From NCBI GenBank assembly GCA_965207075.1, contig CBDBLO010000002.1, positions 800,001 through 864,000 of the forward strand: DNA of 64,000 nt, in the 5' to 3' direction. Shown here piece by piece: positions 47,680 to 58,026 of this stretch. Numbering within the stretch: the stretch's first letter is position 1; each line of letters opens with the position of its first letter. Source of the stretch: Nitrosopumilus sp. Its GTDB lineage: Archaea > Thermoproteota > Nitrososphaeria > Nitrososphaerales > Nitrosopumilaceae. Both the position numbers and the translations under genes were made by a program. The notes beneath the pieces were generated by a model, which did not search any database, was not told the DNA's origin, and saw only the letters and a list, made by a program, of their open reading frames with translations.

Positions 47680-49082
47680 GCGGCACAGTTCCAGAGATCG
47701 ATCGCACGATTGGGATAGGCGTGTATGCCACGCCGTTTCCCGGGCTCGGCCGCGGGTATGGCATACGGGCGACGCCGGATGACTTTGCAGTGTCGGAGAT
47801 ATTGTCGCCGGCCGCCCTCAGGATGATACGCGACCCCGGCGCCGGCGGCAACGGCAACGCGGACGCAGACGCGTCTGCGAAAGGCAAGGGGTACGCAGTG
47901 TACGTGCTCCGCAAGAGGGGCATCGACACCGCGCACGCGCTCGGCGCCATACGCAAGATGACGGGCGCCAAACTAAAGCCCCTGGGGCTCAAGGACGCGT
48001 CGGCTACAACTACGCAGTATGTCTGCTCGACTGGGGCCGCGGGGAGGAGGCTCCGTGACATCAGCGCCTCGAGGTTCGGCCTGGCGTTTGCCGGCTATGC
48101 AAAGAGGCCACTTACAAAAAGACAGATGCTTGGAAACGGGTTCCGCATACGGATATCCGGTGACTGGGGCGGCCCCGGCGGCGGCAGCAGCAGGGATGCT
48201 ACTGCAGCGACAACCGCGCCTGACCCGTCCGGTTTTGTGACGTATGCGGACTCGGTCCCAAACTTTTACGGATATCAGAGGTTCGGCTCGGGGCGCCCCG
48301 TAACACACATGGTCGGCAGGGCCCTCACAATGGGTGACTATGGCGAGGCCGTGCGCCTGATCCTGGAGTATGCGTCGCCGTACGACACTCGGGAGCGCAG
48401 GGAGGTGCGGGAGAACCTTGCAGACCCGGCGTTGTACGCGCAGTCGGCGCGGCGGCTGCCGCCGGGCATGGACACAGAAAAAACCGTACTGGAGGGACTG
48501 GCCATGCACGGCGACCCTCTCCGCGCCCTCCGCGCTGTTCCGCTTCTGCTGCGCAGGTTGTATGTAAGCGCATACCAGTCGTATGTATTCAACCGCACCC
48601 TGAGCGCGGCCATTGTTGCAGGCGAGAGCCTCCTGGATCCCAAACCCGGCGACGTCTGTTTTGACAGGAACGGCAATCTTCACAAGTATGACGGGACCGC
48701 GTATACGACGGCGACGGCGACGGCGGGATCCGGGGGAGAAAACGGCCGGGAGGCCGACGCGCATGGCGGCCTCGTACGGGTGCGCAACGACGCGGTGGCG
48801 ATACCAGTCGTCGGTTATTCATACTATTCAAAGACGCGGTTTGCGCCATACGTGTCAGATGTGCTCATGGACGAGGGAGTAAAGCCGCGCGCCTTCTTCC
48901 TAAACGAGATGCAGGAGGCAAGCGGCGAGGGCGGGTTCCGGGATGCCGTACTCCAGTGCTCTGGTTATGCATGGCATGATGACACCAAGACCGTGGAGTT
49001 CTCACTTGCCCGGGGCTCTTTTGCAACGATGCTGCTCCGGGAGCTGATAAAGCCGCCAAACCCCATATCCGCGGGGTTCTAG
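47676..49082 (+). CDS. truD: tRNA pseudouridine-13 synthase
   Basis: DF.VSE, GLKD..A.TTQ, GNGF, PNFYGYQRFG, AYQSYVFN, L.RGSFAT.LLRE. Confidence 0.93.
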   Translation: MSGTVPEIDRTIGIGVYATPFPGLGRGYGIRATPDDFAVSEILSPAALRMIRDPGAGGNGNADADASAKGKGYAVYVLRKRGIDTAHALGAIRKMTGAKLKPLGLKDASATTTQYVCSTGAAGRRLRDISASRFGLAFAGYAKRPLTKRQMLGNGFRIRISGDWGGPGGGSSRDATAATTAPDPSGFVTYADSVPNFYGYQRFGSGRPVTHMVGRALTMGDYGEAVRLILEYASPYDTRERREVRENLADPALYAQSARRLPPGMDTEKTVLEGLAMHGDPLRALRAVPLLLRRLYVSAYQSYVFNRTLSAAIVAGESLLDPKPGDVCFDRNGNLHKYDGTAYTTATATAGSGGENGREADAHGGLVRVRNDAVAIPVVGYSYYSKTRFAPYVSDVLMDEGVKPRAFFLNEMQEASGEGGFRDAVLQCSGYAWHDDTKTVEFSLARGSFATMLLRELIKPPNPISAGF

Positions 49083-49152
49083 GCTTTGGACTTCCGTTAC
49101 TGCTGCCGTTGCCGCCGGTTTTGCCGTTGTCAGGCTACACGCGCATGCCTGT

Positions 49153-49398
49153 CTATTTCTGCCCGGACTGTTCTTGTTGCCGCGTCCCGCGCATGAAAAG
49201 TGCGGCAAGGCACAGCCCGGCGCCTCCCAGCATTATGGCCTTGCCGTTTGTATACCATTCTGGATTCTTGTACATAAACGACGATTCGGGCCCGATCGTT
49301 CCCTCACTCTGCAGCAGAAATGCAAATCCCGTCACGAGCATTGCTATCCCCGAGTACATCATCGCCTTTCTGGCGATGCCTGTTGCCTTATTTGCCAT
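49153..49398 (-). CDS. Small two-TM membrane protein
   Basis: TM-LQSEGTIGPESSFMY.NPEW-TM. Confidence 0.7.
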   Translation of the reverse strand: MANKATGIARKAMMYSGIAMLVTGFAFLLQSEGTIGPESSFMYKNPEWYTNGKAIMLGGAGLCLAALFMRGTRQQEQSGQK

Positions 49399-49529
49399 GC
49401 CCGTCCTTGGCACGGGGGAGCGGGGGAATAAAAGGATGCCCTGAGTCCAGCCTTGGCCGTCCGCGTGTATGGCATTTCTTCCTGATAGATCACGCCTGCC
49501 CGGAGCATCGCGCGGGGCGGTGCGCCCCC

Positions 49530-49778
49530 TCACTCGTCCAAGTCGACATAGATGCCAGATATGGCGTTGTTGATCCTGTCGTGGTACTTTTCGCATCCCT
49601 CGGTTCTAAAGTCGTTGGCCTTGCATTCGTTGAAGTGTATGGTGCTATCCCTCTGCATGTTGTCGGCAAACAGCACGTCTGAGCCTATTGCAAGCGCCAA
49701 GAGGCCGATTGCAGCGAGGCTTGCAGAGACTACGATCATGGCATGTCCAACCTTGGCGTGGTTGTGGGGATTGCTCAT
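49530..49778 (-). CDS. Small single-TM protein with Cx9C ectodomain
   Basis: MIVVSASLAAIGLLALAIG...ECKANDFRTEGCEKY. Confidence 0.7.
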   Translation of the reverse strand: MSNPHNHAKVGHAMIVVSASLAAIGLLALAIGSDVLFADNMQRDSTIHFNECKANDFRTEGCEKYHDRINNAISGIYVDLDE

Positions 49779-50071
49779 CTGCTGTGCGCCTCCGATCCTC
49801 GAATTTAATCCTTTCAAGGTCAATAATGCCGGCCTCGGTTTGATCCCGTTAAGTCACCCCTCCGGGCATCGGGACTGACGCGACGTGATGGTTCCGTCCG
49901 TTCTCGTGAAATTTACGCGGCATGTGACGATCCTACAAGTGCGGCATGGCCTTGAAGTAGGTTGGCGTGACTTGCAGGGATGTACCCCGAGTATCCGTCC
50001 CACACCTCTGGTAATCTCCGCATGTGTGTGGCGCGGGAAACAGTGAAAAACCTGTGCCGCCTGTTGATGGC

Positions 50072-50698
50072 ATGGGCATACAGATACTGCAGTACGAATT
50101 CCTGGGGCCCGTGCCGCTCTCCGAGTGGGGGCCTCCGATGGGCGAGATCCTGTATGCAGTCCTGTCGAGGGACCGTGACCGTTTTAACATGCTGCATGTG
50201 GGTGATTGTGAACATACTGACGACAAGGCTTTCTTCATACAGCACGAGCAGTTCAAGTGCTGGGTTGAGAAGGCAGGCTCTGATTCGGCACTGTATCTGG
50301 CCGTATTTCCAATGAAAGATTCTGGCGTGCAGCGGCGCCGGGCCGTATTGCAGCGCATCATCCGCAGCTATAAGCCGCCGTGCAATCCCGCCGCCGACCT
50401 GCCTGAGCAAAAACCCAGCTATAACGTGCGCCGGACCGATGCCACTGATGCCGGCGGCGACAATGGCGGCGACAATGGCAGCCCTGAAATGGCCGAGTCT
50501 GTCCCGTCCGAGCCTGCGGATCCGCCACCCCCGACAAAAGACGCCACTGATGCCGCGCCATCCGAACCAAACTCCTCGCGGGACGCGATCTTATGCCCGT
50601 GCTGCGGCTCTGGCATGGATCTGGAAAAGAGGATCGGTTCCAACTCTGCTCTGTACCGGTGCGCCGGCTGCAACATGAGCGAGACGCGCCTGGATTGA
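50072..50698 (+). CDS. Hypothetical protein with C-terminal zinc ribbon
   Basis: Globular N domain, acidic linker, CPCCG...YRCAGC. Confidence 0.75.
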   Translation: MGIQILQYEFLGPVPLSEWGPPMGEILYAVLSRDRDRFNMLHVGDCEHTDDKAFFIQHEQFKCWVEKAGSDSALYLAVFPMKDSGVQRRRAVLQRIIRSYKPPCNPAADLPEQKPSYNVRRTDATDAGGDNGGDNGSPEMAESVPSEPADPPPPTKDATDAAPSEPNSSRDAILCPCCGSGMDLEKRIGSNSALYRCAGCNMSETRLD

Positions 50699-50722
50699 CG
50701 ACGTCCCACGCGTTGGACGCGA

Positions 50723-50989
50723 TCAGTTCTGGCCGGCGCCAGAGGCCTGCTTGCTTACTTGGTTCTGCACCTTGAATATCTGCTCCAGCGTTATGTCCAT
50801 GGCCTTTTTGAGGTGGTCAAACTCCCTGACAGAGTGCATCTGCCCCTCCACTAGCATCCTCATTATCCTTACCGTATCCTTTTGAAGTTCGTCTGAGGCA
50901 ACTATCTCCATGGCGTTGAGCCTTGAGAGCGTGTTGTCCATCTCCTTTAGCATCTCCTCTGAAGGCTTGTGGTTCCCGTGCGGCGTCAC
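50723..50989 (-). CDS. Hypothetical helical protein
   Basis: Clean ORF with GTG start. Confidence 0.65.
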   Translation of the reverse strand: MTPHGNHKPSEEMLKEMDNTLSRLNAMEIVASDELQKDTVRIMRMLVEGQMHSVREFDHLKKAMDITLEQIFKVQNQVSKQASGAGQN

Positions 50990-51046
50990 TTCATTCTGCC
51001 CCCTGCATTTTCCATGGGCCGGCGCACCTCCGCCGTTAATATGAAC

Positions 51047-51209
51047 TTACACTAGCTCCTCGTCTATCTCCCCTATGGGATCGACGTACTCCTTGCACCT
51101 GCATGCGGGGACGACGCAGCTGCCCGCCTTCAGAAGCGAGTCGCTGTTGTCGTCGTCCTTGTGGGCTTCGTGCGTGTGGTGGCATTCCTTACAGTTCGTG
51201 GCGCCGACA
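51047..51209 (-). CDS. Small Cys/His-rich metal-binding protein (not in the ORF track; start unclear)
   Basis: VGATNCKECHHTHEAH...GSCVVPACRCKEYVDPIGEIDEELV*. Confidence 0.55.
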
Positions 51210-51238
51210 TCTCCTTTCTGCCAAGAGCATGATCTCCG

Positions 51239-52285
51239 TCATTGCGGCACCAGTACGGCGCGGGCGTCTATCTTTGACTCTTTGAGCCGCCGCAGCACCC
51301 GGTTTGCCTCCTCAAGCGGGTATGCCTGGGACACGACCTCCAGGTTGTTCTCGCCGCATATCCTGATTACCTCCTCCATGTCCTTTGTGGACCCTATCAG
51401 GGTTCCCCTGATCGTCTTTTCCTCAAACGCCATGAACTTGGGGCTCTTTCCCACAGTTGCAATCACTATTGTGCCCCCCTTCTTGACCAGATCGACTGCC
51501 GCGTCGGTCACCGCATCGGACGGGGCAAACACGACTGCCGCGTCAAGCAGCCCGATCTCCTTTTTGACGCCGTCTGCAAAGTCACCGCCTTCTGAGAACG
51601 TCACGGAGCGAACGGCGCCAAGCTTCTCTGCCACCTCCAGGTGCCTGCGCGTCCTGGAGAACGCGAACACCTTGCAGCCCTCCACCCTTGCAAACTGGAC
51701 TGCCATGTGCCCCACGCCGCCTATCCCAAAGATGCCAATCCTAATGCCGGGACGCGGCCCTGCCGCCTTTACGGCCTTGTATGCGGTTATCCCGGCGCAG
51801 AACAGGGGCGCCGCATACTCTGGGGCCATGGAGTCCGGGACGAGCGTTACAAAGTCCTGCGGCGCCGTGATGTACTCTGCATATCCGCCGCGCGTGGACT
51901 CCCCGGTAATGGTGGATGACTCGCACAGGTACTCCTTGCCCTCTCTGCAGTATTGGCACTCCCTGCAGGCCTCCAGCAGCGGCGTTATGCCCGCCCTCTG
52001 GCCGGCCTTGAACTTTGTGACGGCGCTCCCTATCTCCGTTATGGTGCCGACCACCTCGTGGCCCGGAACGGTGGGCAGCACCGGCGGTATGCCAATGTCC
52101 ATCCAGTCCCCCTCTATGCCGTGCAGCTGTGAATGGCATACGCCGCAGGCCTCTATCCTTATGAGGACCTCGTCGGGCCTGCTTATCCTGTGCCTTGGAA
52201 TGCTTGCGAGCCTGAGCGGGTCCTTCTCTATGGGGCCGCACTCGTCTAGCACCATGGCCCTCATCATTATGTCGCCGTCAGGCAT
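51239..52285 (-). CDS. Zn-dependent alcohol dehydrogenase (MDR family)
   Basis: CGVCHS, GHEVVG, CRECQYC..G.EYLC, GIGGVG. Confidence 0.93.
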   Translation of the reverse strand: MPDGDIMMRAMVLDECGPIEKDPLRLASIPRHRISRPDEVLIRIEACGVCHSQLHGIEGDWMDIGIPPVLPTVPGHEVVGTITEIGSAVTKFKAGQRAGITPLLEACRECQYCREGKEYLCESSTITGESTRGGYAEYITAPQDFVTLVPDSMAPEYAAPLFCAGITAYKAVKAAGPRPGIRIGIFGIGGVGHMAVQFARVEGCKVFAFSRTRRHLEVAEKLGAVRSVTFSEGGDFADGVKKEIGLLDAAVVFAPSDAVTDAAVDLVKKGGTIVIATVGKSPKFMAFEEKTIRGTLIGSTKDMEEVIRICGENNLEVVSQAYPLEEANRVLRRLKESKIDARAVLVPQ

Positions 52286-52369
52286 CACACGCACGCGCCC
52301 AACATGGAATTTTAAGATTCGCCAGCCCGCGTCAGAAGGCTTTAAGACGCAAGCACCCAAGGTACAGGC

Positions 52370-52606
52370 GTGCCGGAGATAGCAGACGAGGACAGGGAGC
52401 GCGTCAGGCTGCTCAACGTCATAGCGCAGTCAAAGGACGGCTTTAACCGGCTTTCGCTTGATGAGCTTGTCCGGCTGCAGGGCATGATAGAGCGCAGGGA
52501 CTATTCAAACGACAAAAAGTCCGCAAAGTCCAAGGCCGCGCTGCTCAAGAAGATAAACGTCCGGATATACGAGCTGACAGAGGGCAAGGGCATATGGGAT
52601 AGGTAG
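52370..52606 (+). CDS. Hypothetical protein
   Basis: GTG start ~30 nt after TATA-like tttaag. Confidence 0.65.
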   Translation: MPEIADEDRERVRLLNVIAQSKDGFNRLSLDELVRLQGMIERRDYSNDKKSAKSKAALLKKINVRIYELTEGKGIWDR

Positions 52607-52704
52607 CAGGCCCATACCAAGCGGGTCTTGCCGTATGCGCAGCGCCGCGCGTGGAACGCGACGCCCCGGCCGCGTTGTTTGGCGCACCCGCGACCGCGCA
52701 GTTC

Positions 52705-53049
52705 TCACGCGTGGTGATCCCACGGCCTGCCGGCGTTCCATTGCATTGACCACCGCCTGATGAGCACGACTGACCATGCGATACTGCCTGCAGTCCACAG
52801 CATGACGTAAATGCTCTGCACAAAATGCTCTGACTCTGGATACAAAAAGGCGGTGTACGCCTCTTGGATTTCCAGCATGCTGTCAAACAACGCAAACTCG
52901 ACTGCAACTTGGGGGATCAGGACCGTGCACAGTATGACAAGCAGGTATCGCCTGAGCTTCCTTATGTGATATGCCGAGTATATGTCTAGAAAGGGGATGG
53001 CCGCGTATATGCACTGCCTTCTGATGCTCACGGGGCCACCTGCCGGCAT
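52705..53049 (-). CDS. Hypothetical membrane protein
   Basis: Three hydrophobic segments. Confidence 0.6.
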   Translation of the reverse strand: MPAGGPVSIRRQCIYAAIPFLDIYSAYHIRKLRRYLLVILCTVLIPQVAVEFALFDSMLEIQEAYTAFLYPESEHFVQSIYVMLWTAGSIAWSVVLIRRWSMQWNAGRPWDHHA

Positions 53050-53242
53050 GCGGTAGGCCGGCCCGCGCCCAATTTAAAGAGAATTGCACGGCCCGCCGCC
53101 CGTGCGCGGTTCTTGTTGGACGCGCGGCTCTGCATGTGCGCGTGGCATGCGTTTGGCATCGCTTGCAAAGGGCGGCACGCCGGGCCCGGGTACCGTGCGA
53201 TGCGCGGATCCATACAAATAGGAACGCCATTCTGTCACGTAT

Positions 53243-55357
53243 ATGCCCAAGAACCGGCTTGCGGGGGAGACCAGCCCGTACCTTCTGCAGCATGCAGAAA
53301 ACCCCGTCGACTGGTACCCGTGGGGCAGCGAGGCCCTCGACAGGGCCAGGAACGAGAACAAGCCGATATTTCTGAGCGTCGGGTACAGCTCGTGCCACTG
53401 GTGCCACGTGATGGCCCACGAGTCGTTTGAGAACGATGATGTTGCGTCGTTTATGAACTCGAACTTTGTAAACATAAAGGTGGACAGGGAGGAGCGCCCT
53501 GACATCGACGACATTTACCAAAAGGCGTGCCAGATGGCGACGGGGCAGGGCGGCTGGCCGCTGAGCGTCTTTCTGACCCCCGACCAGAAGCCGTTCCACG
53601 TCGGGACGTACTACCCGCCGCTCGACTCGCACGGAAGGCCCGGGTTTGGGAGCGTCTGCAGGCAGCTTGCGCAGTCCTGGGCCGAGAGGCAGGGCGACGT
53701 CGACTCGCGCGCCGACGACTTTGTGCGCGCCCTCTCAAAGGCGGACGGCGCCCCCCTGTCGGAGGCCGCACTGCGCGCGCCGGAGTCCGACACGCGGCGG
53801 GGCGGCCTGGGCTTTGACGAATCAACGATGGACGAGGCCGCCGTCAACCTGTACAACAACGGCGACTACACGCACGGGGGGTTCGGCTCGGCGCCGAAGT
53901 TTCCAAACGCCGCATGCGTCTCGTTCCTGTTCAGGTATGCCGCGTCGACCGGCCATGAGTCCTTTGCAAAGTTCGCGCTAAAGACGCTTGACAGGATGGC
54001 GCGCGGGGGAATATTCGACCAGATCGGGGGAGGATTCCACCGGTACTCCACCGACGCCCGCTGGCTCGTCCCCCATTTTGAAAAGATGCTGTATGACAAC
54101 GCGCTCATTCCGGTCAATTACGCCGAGGCGTACCAGCTGACCAAGAGGGAGTTCTATCTCGACGTCATGAAAAAGACGCTTGACTTTGTGCTGCGGGAGA
54201 TGGCCTCGCCCCTGGGAGGCTTTTACTCTGCATACGACGCGGACTCTGAGGGCGTGGAGGGCAGGTACTATACGTGGACCAAGCGCGAGATTCTGGAGGT
54301 TCTCGGGGCCGGCACGCGCGACGCGGATCTCTTCTGCCTGTACTATGACGTGACGGACGGCGGCAACTGGGAGGGCAGCACCATCCTGTGCAACAACATC
54401 GCGCTGTCGACTGCCGCGTTCAAGGCGGGCGTGCCCGAGGGTGACGCGCGGGCGTCTCTGGAGAGGTCCGCCGCAGCGCTCTTGGCCGCGCGCCGCGTGG
54501 GCCGCGTGCCTCCGGGACTTGACCAGAAGATCCTGGCGTCGTGGAACGCGCTGTTCGTCTCCGCCCTTGCAAGGGGGTACCGCGTGTCCGGTGATTCGGC
54601 ATACCTTGACGCGGCAAAGAGGTGCCTGTCCTTTATACGGTCCGAGATGTTCTGCGACGGCAGGCTGCTGCGCACGTACAAAGACGGCAGGGCCCGGATA
54701 GACGGATACCTGGAGGATTACGCGTACCTTGCATGCGCGCTTTTGGACGTCTTTGAGGCCGAACCCGACGCGGAGTACCTGGAGTCCGCCATACGGATGG
54801 GCCGCGTGATCCTCTCAGAGTTCTGGGACGAGGAGACGTCGGGCTTTTTCATGACGGGACGCATGCACGAGAGCCTGATAATCAGGCCGCAGAGCAGGTA
54901 CGACCTCTCCGTGCCGTCCGGAAACTCCGTCGCAGTGCACGTCCTGCTGCGGCTGTACCACCTGACTGGGGAGCGCCCGTTCCTTGATGCGTGCAGCGCG
55001 TCCGTCCGCTCCCAGGCCCCCGCGTGCGCCGAGAACCCGTTTGCGTTTGGATACATGCTCAACGTAATGTCTACGATGCTTGCAGGATCACGCGAGATCA
55101 CGCTGCTGAACACGCCTGCCGACCCCGGCATGTGCAGGATGGTGCTCTCCTCATACCTGCCCGACTCGATTGTGGTCGAGATCAGGAGCCGGGAGCAGCT
55201 TGACGGCGTCCTGACGTACCCGTTTTTTGCCGGCAAGGCGTTTGACGAAGGACGGGCAAGCGCGTACGTGTGCAAGGACTCTGTATGCTCGCTGCCCATA
55301 CACGATGCGGACCGGCTCCGGGAAGCCCTCGGACTACTAGACCCTTCTGAGGTCTAG
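53243..55357 (+). CDS. YyaL/SSP411 thioredoxin-domain protein (DUF255)
   Basis: [47 protein letters not shown]. Confidence 0.95.
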   Translation: MPKNRLAGETSPYLLQHAENPVDWYPWGSEALDRARNENKPIFLSVGYSSCHWCHVMAHESFENDDVASFMNSNFVNIKVDREERPDIDDIYQKACQMATGQGGWPLSVFLTPDQKPFHVGTYYPPLDSHGRPGFGSVCRQLAQSWAERQGDVDSRADDFVRALSKADGAPLSEAALRAPESDTRRGGLGFDESTMDEAAVNLYNNGDYTHGGFGSAPKFPNAACVSFLFRYAASTGHESFAKFALKTLDRMARGGIFDQIGGGFHRYSTDARWLVPHFEKMLYDNALIPVNYAEAYQLTKREFYLDVMKKTLDFVLREMASPLGGFYSAYDADSEGVEGRYYTWTKREILEVLGAGTRDADLFCLYYDVTDGGNWEGSTILCNNIALSTAAFKAGVPEGDARASLERSAAALLAARRVGRVPPGLDQKILASWNALFVSALARGYRVSGDSAYLDAAKRCLSFIRSEMFCDGRLLRTYKDGRARIDGYLEDYAYLACALLDVFEAEPDAEYLESAIRMGRVILSEFWDEETSGFFMTGRMHESLIIRPQSRYDLSVPSGNSVAVHVLLRLYHLTGERPFLDACSASVRSQAPACAENPFAFGYMLNVMSTMLAGSREITLLNTPADPGMCRMVLSSYLPDSIVVEIRSREQLDGVLTYPFFAGKAFDEGRASAYVCKDSVCSLPIHDADRLREALGLLDPSEV

Positions 55358-55657
55358 CTCCATTATGTCGCCGACCCTGGGACGGCCCATCGAGTCGTAC
55401 CTGGATGTGGGCATGGCAATGGTGATCTGGGTCTGCTGATACGACTTTATCTTTACGGTCGGCTGGGCCTGCAGTATCGCAGTCAGTAGCGGCATCACGT
55501 GCTCCTTGGTGTCGTCATCCAGGGTCTTTGAGACGTTCTCCATTATCATCTGCTTTTGGGTTATGGGCTCCGTCGAGACGTTCTCGACCAGCGTAAGTTG
55601 GATTATCTTGCCGTTGTCCACGATCTGGGTTATCCTGAACGCGTTTTCTGCCGTCAT
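55337..55657 (-). CDS. Hypothetical protein, possibly arcadin-1-like
   Basis: IQLTLVE...[13 protein letters not shown]...ITIAM...[10 protein letters not shown]. Confidence 0.6.
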   Translation of the reverse strand: MTAENAFRITQIVDNGKIIQLTLVENVSTEPITQKQMIMENVSKTLDDDTKEHVMPLLTAILQAQPTVKIKSYQQTQITIAMPTSRYDSMGRPRVGDIMELDLRRV

Positions 55658-55983
55658 GCGTAGCGGCCGGGGCGTTGTGATTTATCTCTAACGCATCAGT
55701 GAAAAGTAGAGCGCGATGGCGGCCGTGGCGACCGCCCCTGTCACCCCCATGACGAATATTATTCGGCCGCCCTCCAGTTTCATGTGCAGGCTCGGGGAGG
55801 TTTGGAATTAAACTGTTGCCTGAGGGTGGCAGCATCGGTGGTGCGCGCGCGTCTTTCGTGATGCTGCTCGTGTCCGCGCCGGCAAGCTGCTGGATTCGGT
55901 CCGGCGTCCTGCGGTGCCTGGCTGGAGCCACCCTCCCCCGTCATGCGCCTTGGGATACAGTCACGCGGGTTTCGATACGGGCG

Positions 55984-56409
55984 TTACGGCGTGGTCGGAC
56001 TAGTGGCGGAGCCGCCTGCAGCGGGAGGGGGTCTGCCGCCGCCTGGCTCCGTCCTGTCTGCCTGCCTCTGCGCGGTGCCGCCATCTTTGCCGCCTGCCTC
56101 TGCAGGACTGCCTGCCGCCTCCGCCGTGGCCGCCGGATCCACGATTGCCTTTTTGATTGTGGCCGCCCTCCTCTTTAGAATCTGGTTAAACTCAGTCATG
56201 TCCTCAAGTCCCGGCTGCACCTGCTGGTTTCTGCACGCTTCCAGAAAGCTTGTGTATATGCAGCCTGCTATGATCCCAAACGCAGCGTCCGGAACCGATT
56301 CTATCTCTGGCTTGAACTGCTCTGCAATCTGCCTGTAAGAACCGGCCTCGTTGGTGTAATAGTCCATCAGGCTCTCGATGAACTTTATGTTCTCGCTTGA
56401 TATCGCCAC
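55984..56409 (-). CDS. Hypothetical protein
   Basis: Helical domain plus low-complexity tail; GTG start assumed. Confidence 0.7.
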   Translation of the reverse strand: MAISSENIKFIESLMDYYTNEAGSYRQIAEQFKPEIESVPDAAFGIIAGCIYTSFLEACRNQQVQPGLEDMTEFNQILKRRAATIKKAIVDPAATAEAAGSPAEAGGKDGGTAQRQADRTEPGGGRPPPAAGGSATSPTTP

Positions 56410-56528
56410 GCAGTACGGCCTTTGAGATTGATATTTAGCTGTTTGCATGGGGTGCTGCAGCAGTGGCTTTCCGGCGCCGGTTCCGCATGCGGCCCGCGCA
56501 CGGCATGGGCTGGGCGTCATGATTTATT

Positions 56529-57056
56529 TTGTGCAGCTGCAAGACGCGGCATGTGCCCCCCTCCCTGCCCGGGTCTCCGCCGCCGCCCCCTTCTGTCAAA
56601 TGGAGGCTTGAGCTTGACGAGGACTTTTTTCGCATATATGACTCTAAAAAGATGGTCATGGGATACTTTGACCCCGACTACGGGGAGCCGTACCCTCCCG
56701 AGAGACGTGACGAGATAATCGAGTCGATGCTCAAGAATCATGACGTGGTTACAGGCGGCATCGTCATGGTGCCCATGGTAAAGTTCGGACTCTTTGACAC
56801 GGACCTTGAGGCCCACATAGACGTGGTGCAGCAGAACGTGCTGCGCGTCAACGAGCATATCGGCAAGTGGCGCGACTTTCTTGCAACGGTGGACTGCCTT
56901 GACAGGCACGCGATCCGGATATCGCACACCGACCAGGACATGCTTACCGTCACTTTTCCGATAAGGTTCCACAAGCCGCTGCCGCTTGGGGCGGACTCGC
57001 TGGCCGAGGGAATCAGGCCTACCTTGGACTTGCTGATGCAATCAGGCCTGTCATAG
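56529..57056 (+). CDS. Hypothetical protein
   Basis: Clean ORF (GYFDPDYG...MVKFGLF); start uncertain. Confidence 0.7.
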   Translation: MCSCKTRHVPPSLPGSPPPPPSVKWRLELDEDFFRIYDSKKMVMGYFDPDYGEPYPPERRDEIIESMLKNHDVVTGGIVMVPMVKFGLFDTDLEAHIDVVQQNVLRVNEHIGKWRDFLATVDCLDRHAIRISHTDQDMLTVTFPIRFHKPLPLGADSLAEGIRPTLDLLMQSGLS

Positions 57057-57858
57057 GAAGGCGCGACGATGCAAGCCTCGTGGCGGCCACGTACGCCGAG
57101 AACGTGCCTGCCAGCAGCAGGACAGTCCCTATCGGAAACTCCGGCACCGCCGCATACTCCTCGGACTCTGCTACCAGGTGGTACCTCGCCGCATCCGCCG
57201 TGTGCTCCTTGTCCGGCACTGACACCACAAAGAACGCGCTCTCGCCGGCCCTCAGATAGTCCGGCTCCGTGTGCACCCTTGTGACGGCCGCGACGCTGCC
57301 GGCGTCGTCGTATATGGTGGCCACGATGGATATCATGTTTGCAGTGATCTCCCCCCCGTTTGCAACGGTTCCCGTTATGATCAAATTTTTATGCCTGTCC
57401 CTTGCAATCTCGGATCCTGTCACGTCTATGACCTGCCTCTTTGGGTCTGCAAAGTCATAGTCGAGCTTGAGCGTATACGGGAGGTGGGATGCGCCGTCGC
57501 CCCGTCCGGCCACCATCTCCCTTGGAATCTGGCCGCCGTTTTCCAGCATTATGTCAAACGGACCCCTCATGCCGGGCATTATGATATTTACAAGCGAGTC
57601 CGCGCCGCTTGTCAGCACGGCGTTGCCGTCCCCGTCGTATATGGTGGCCTGCACGCTTGCGCCGCGCAGGGGCACCTCCAAGTCGTTTACAATCTCGCCC
57701 ACTATGTGCAGCGAGCCGTCATCCCCCGTGTAGTGGCGGTCGTTCTCGATGGTCTGGGCAAACGCGGCGTACTGCAAGAGATTTGGCTGCGGATCGCCGG
57801 AGGCGGCCATAGTTACGTCCCCTACGCCGCCTGCGAGCGCTATTGTAATGACTGCCAT
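57019..57858 (-). CDS. FxLYD-domain surface protein with PEF-CTERM-like anchor
   Basis: Two IVGE.VN..ATIYD..G domains; C-terminal VPEFP + TM + basic residues. Confidence 0.8.
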   Translation of the reverse strand: MAVITIALAGGVGDVTMAASGDPQPNLLQYAAFAQTIENDRHYTGDDGSLHIVGEIVNDLEVPLRGASVQATIYDGDGNAVLTSGADSLVNIIMPGMRGPFDIMLENGGQIPREMVAGRGDGASHLPYTLKLDYDFADPKRQVIDVTGSEIARDRHKNLIITGTVANGGEITANMISIVATIYDDAGSVAAVTRVHTEPDYLRAGESAFFVVSVPDKEHTADAARYHLVAESEEYAAVPEFPIGTVLLLAGTFSAYVAATRLASSRLPMTGLIASASPR

Positions 57859-58026
57859 GGAGACGGCTGCCGCGGCCCTGACGTTTGTGGCACCTGCCTG
57901 GATGATGTTGCTGCTGTCCGTTGCGACCCTCCTCCTCCTCTCTCATTTCTGATCTGCCCGGCTTGTACATTAAGTCACTGGTCTGCTGCTCGTATTCGGG
58001 ATGCCGCGCTCCGCAGAGGGCTCGGA

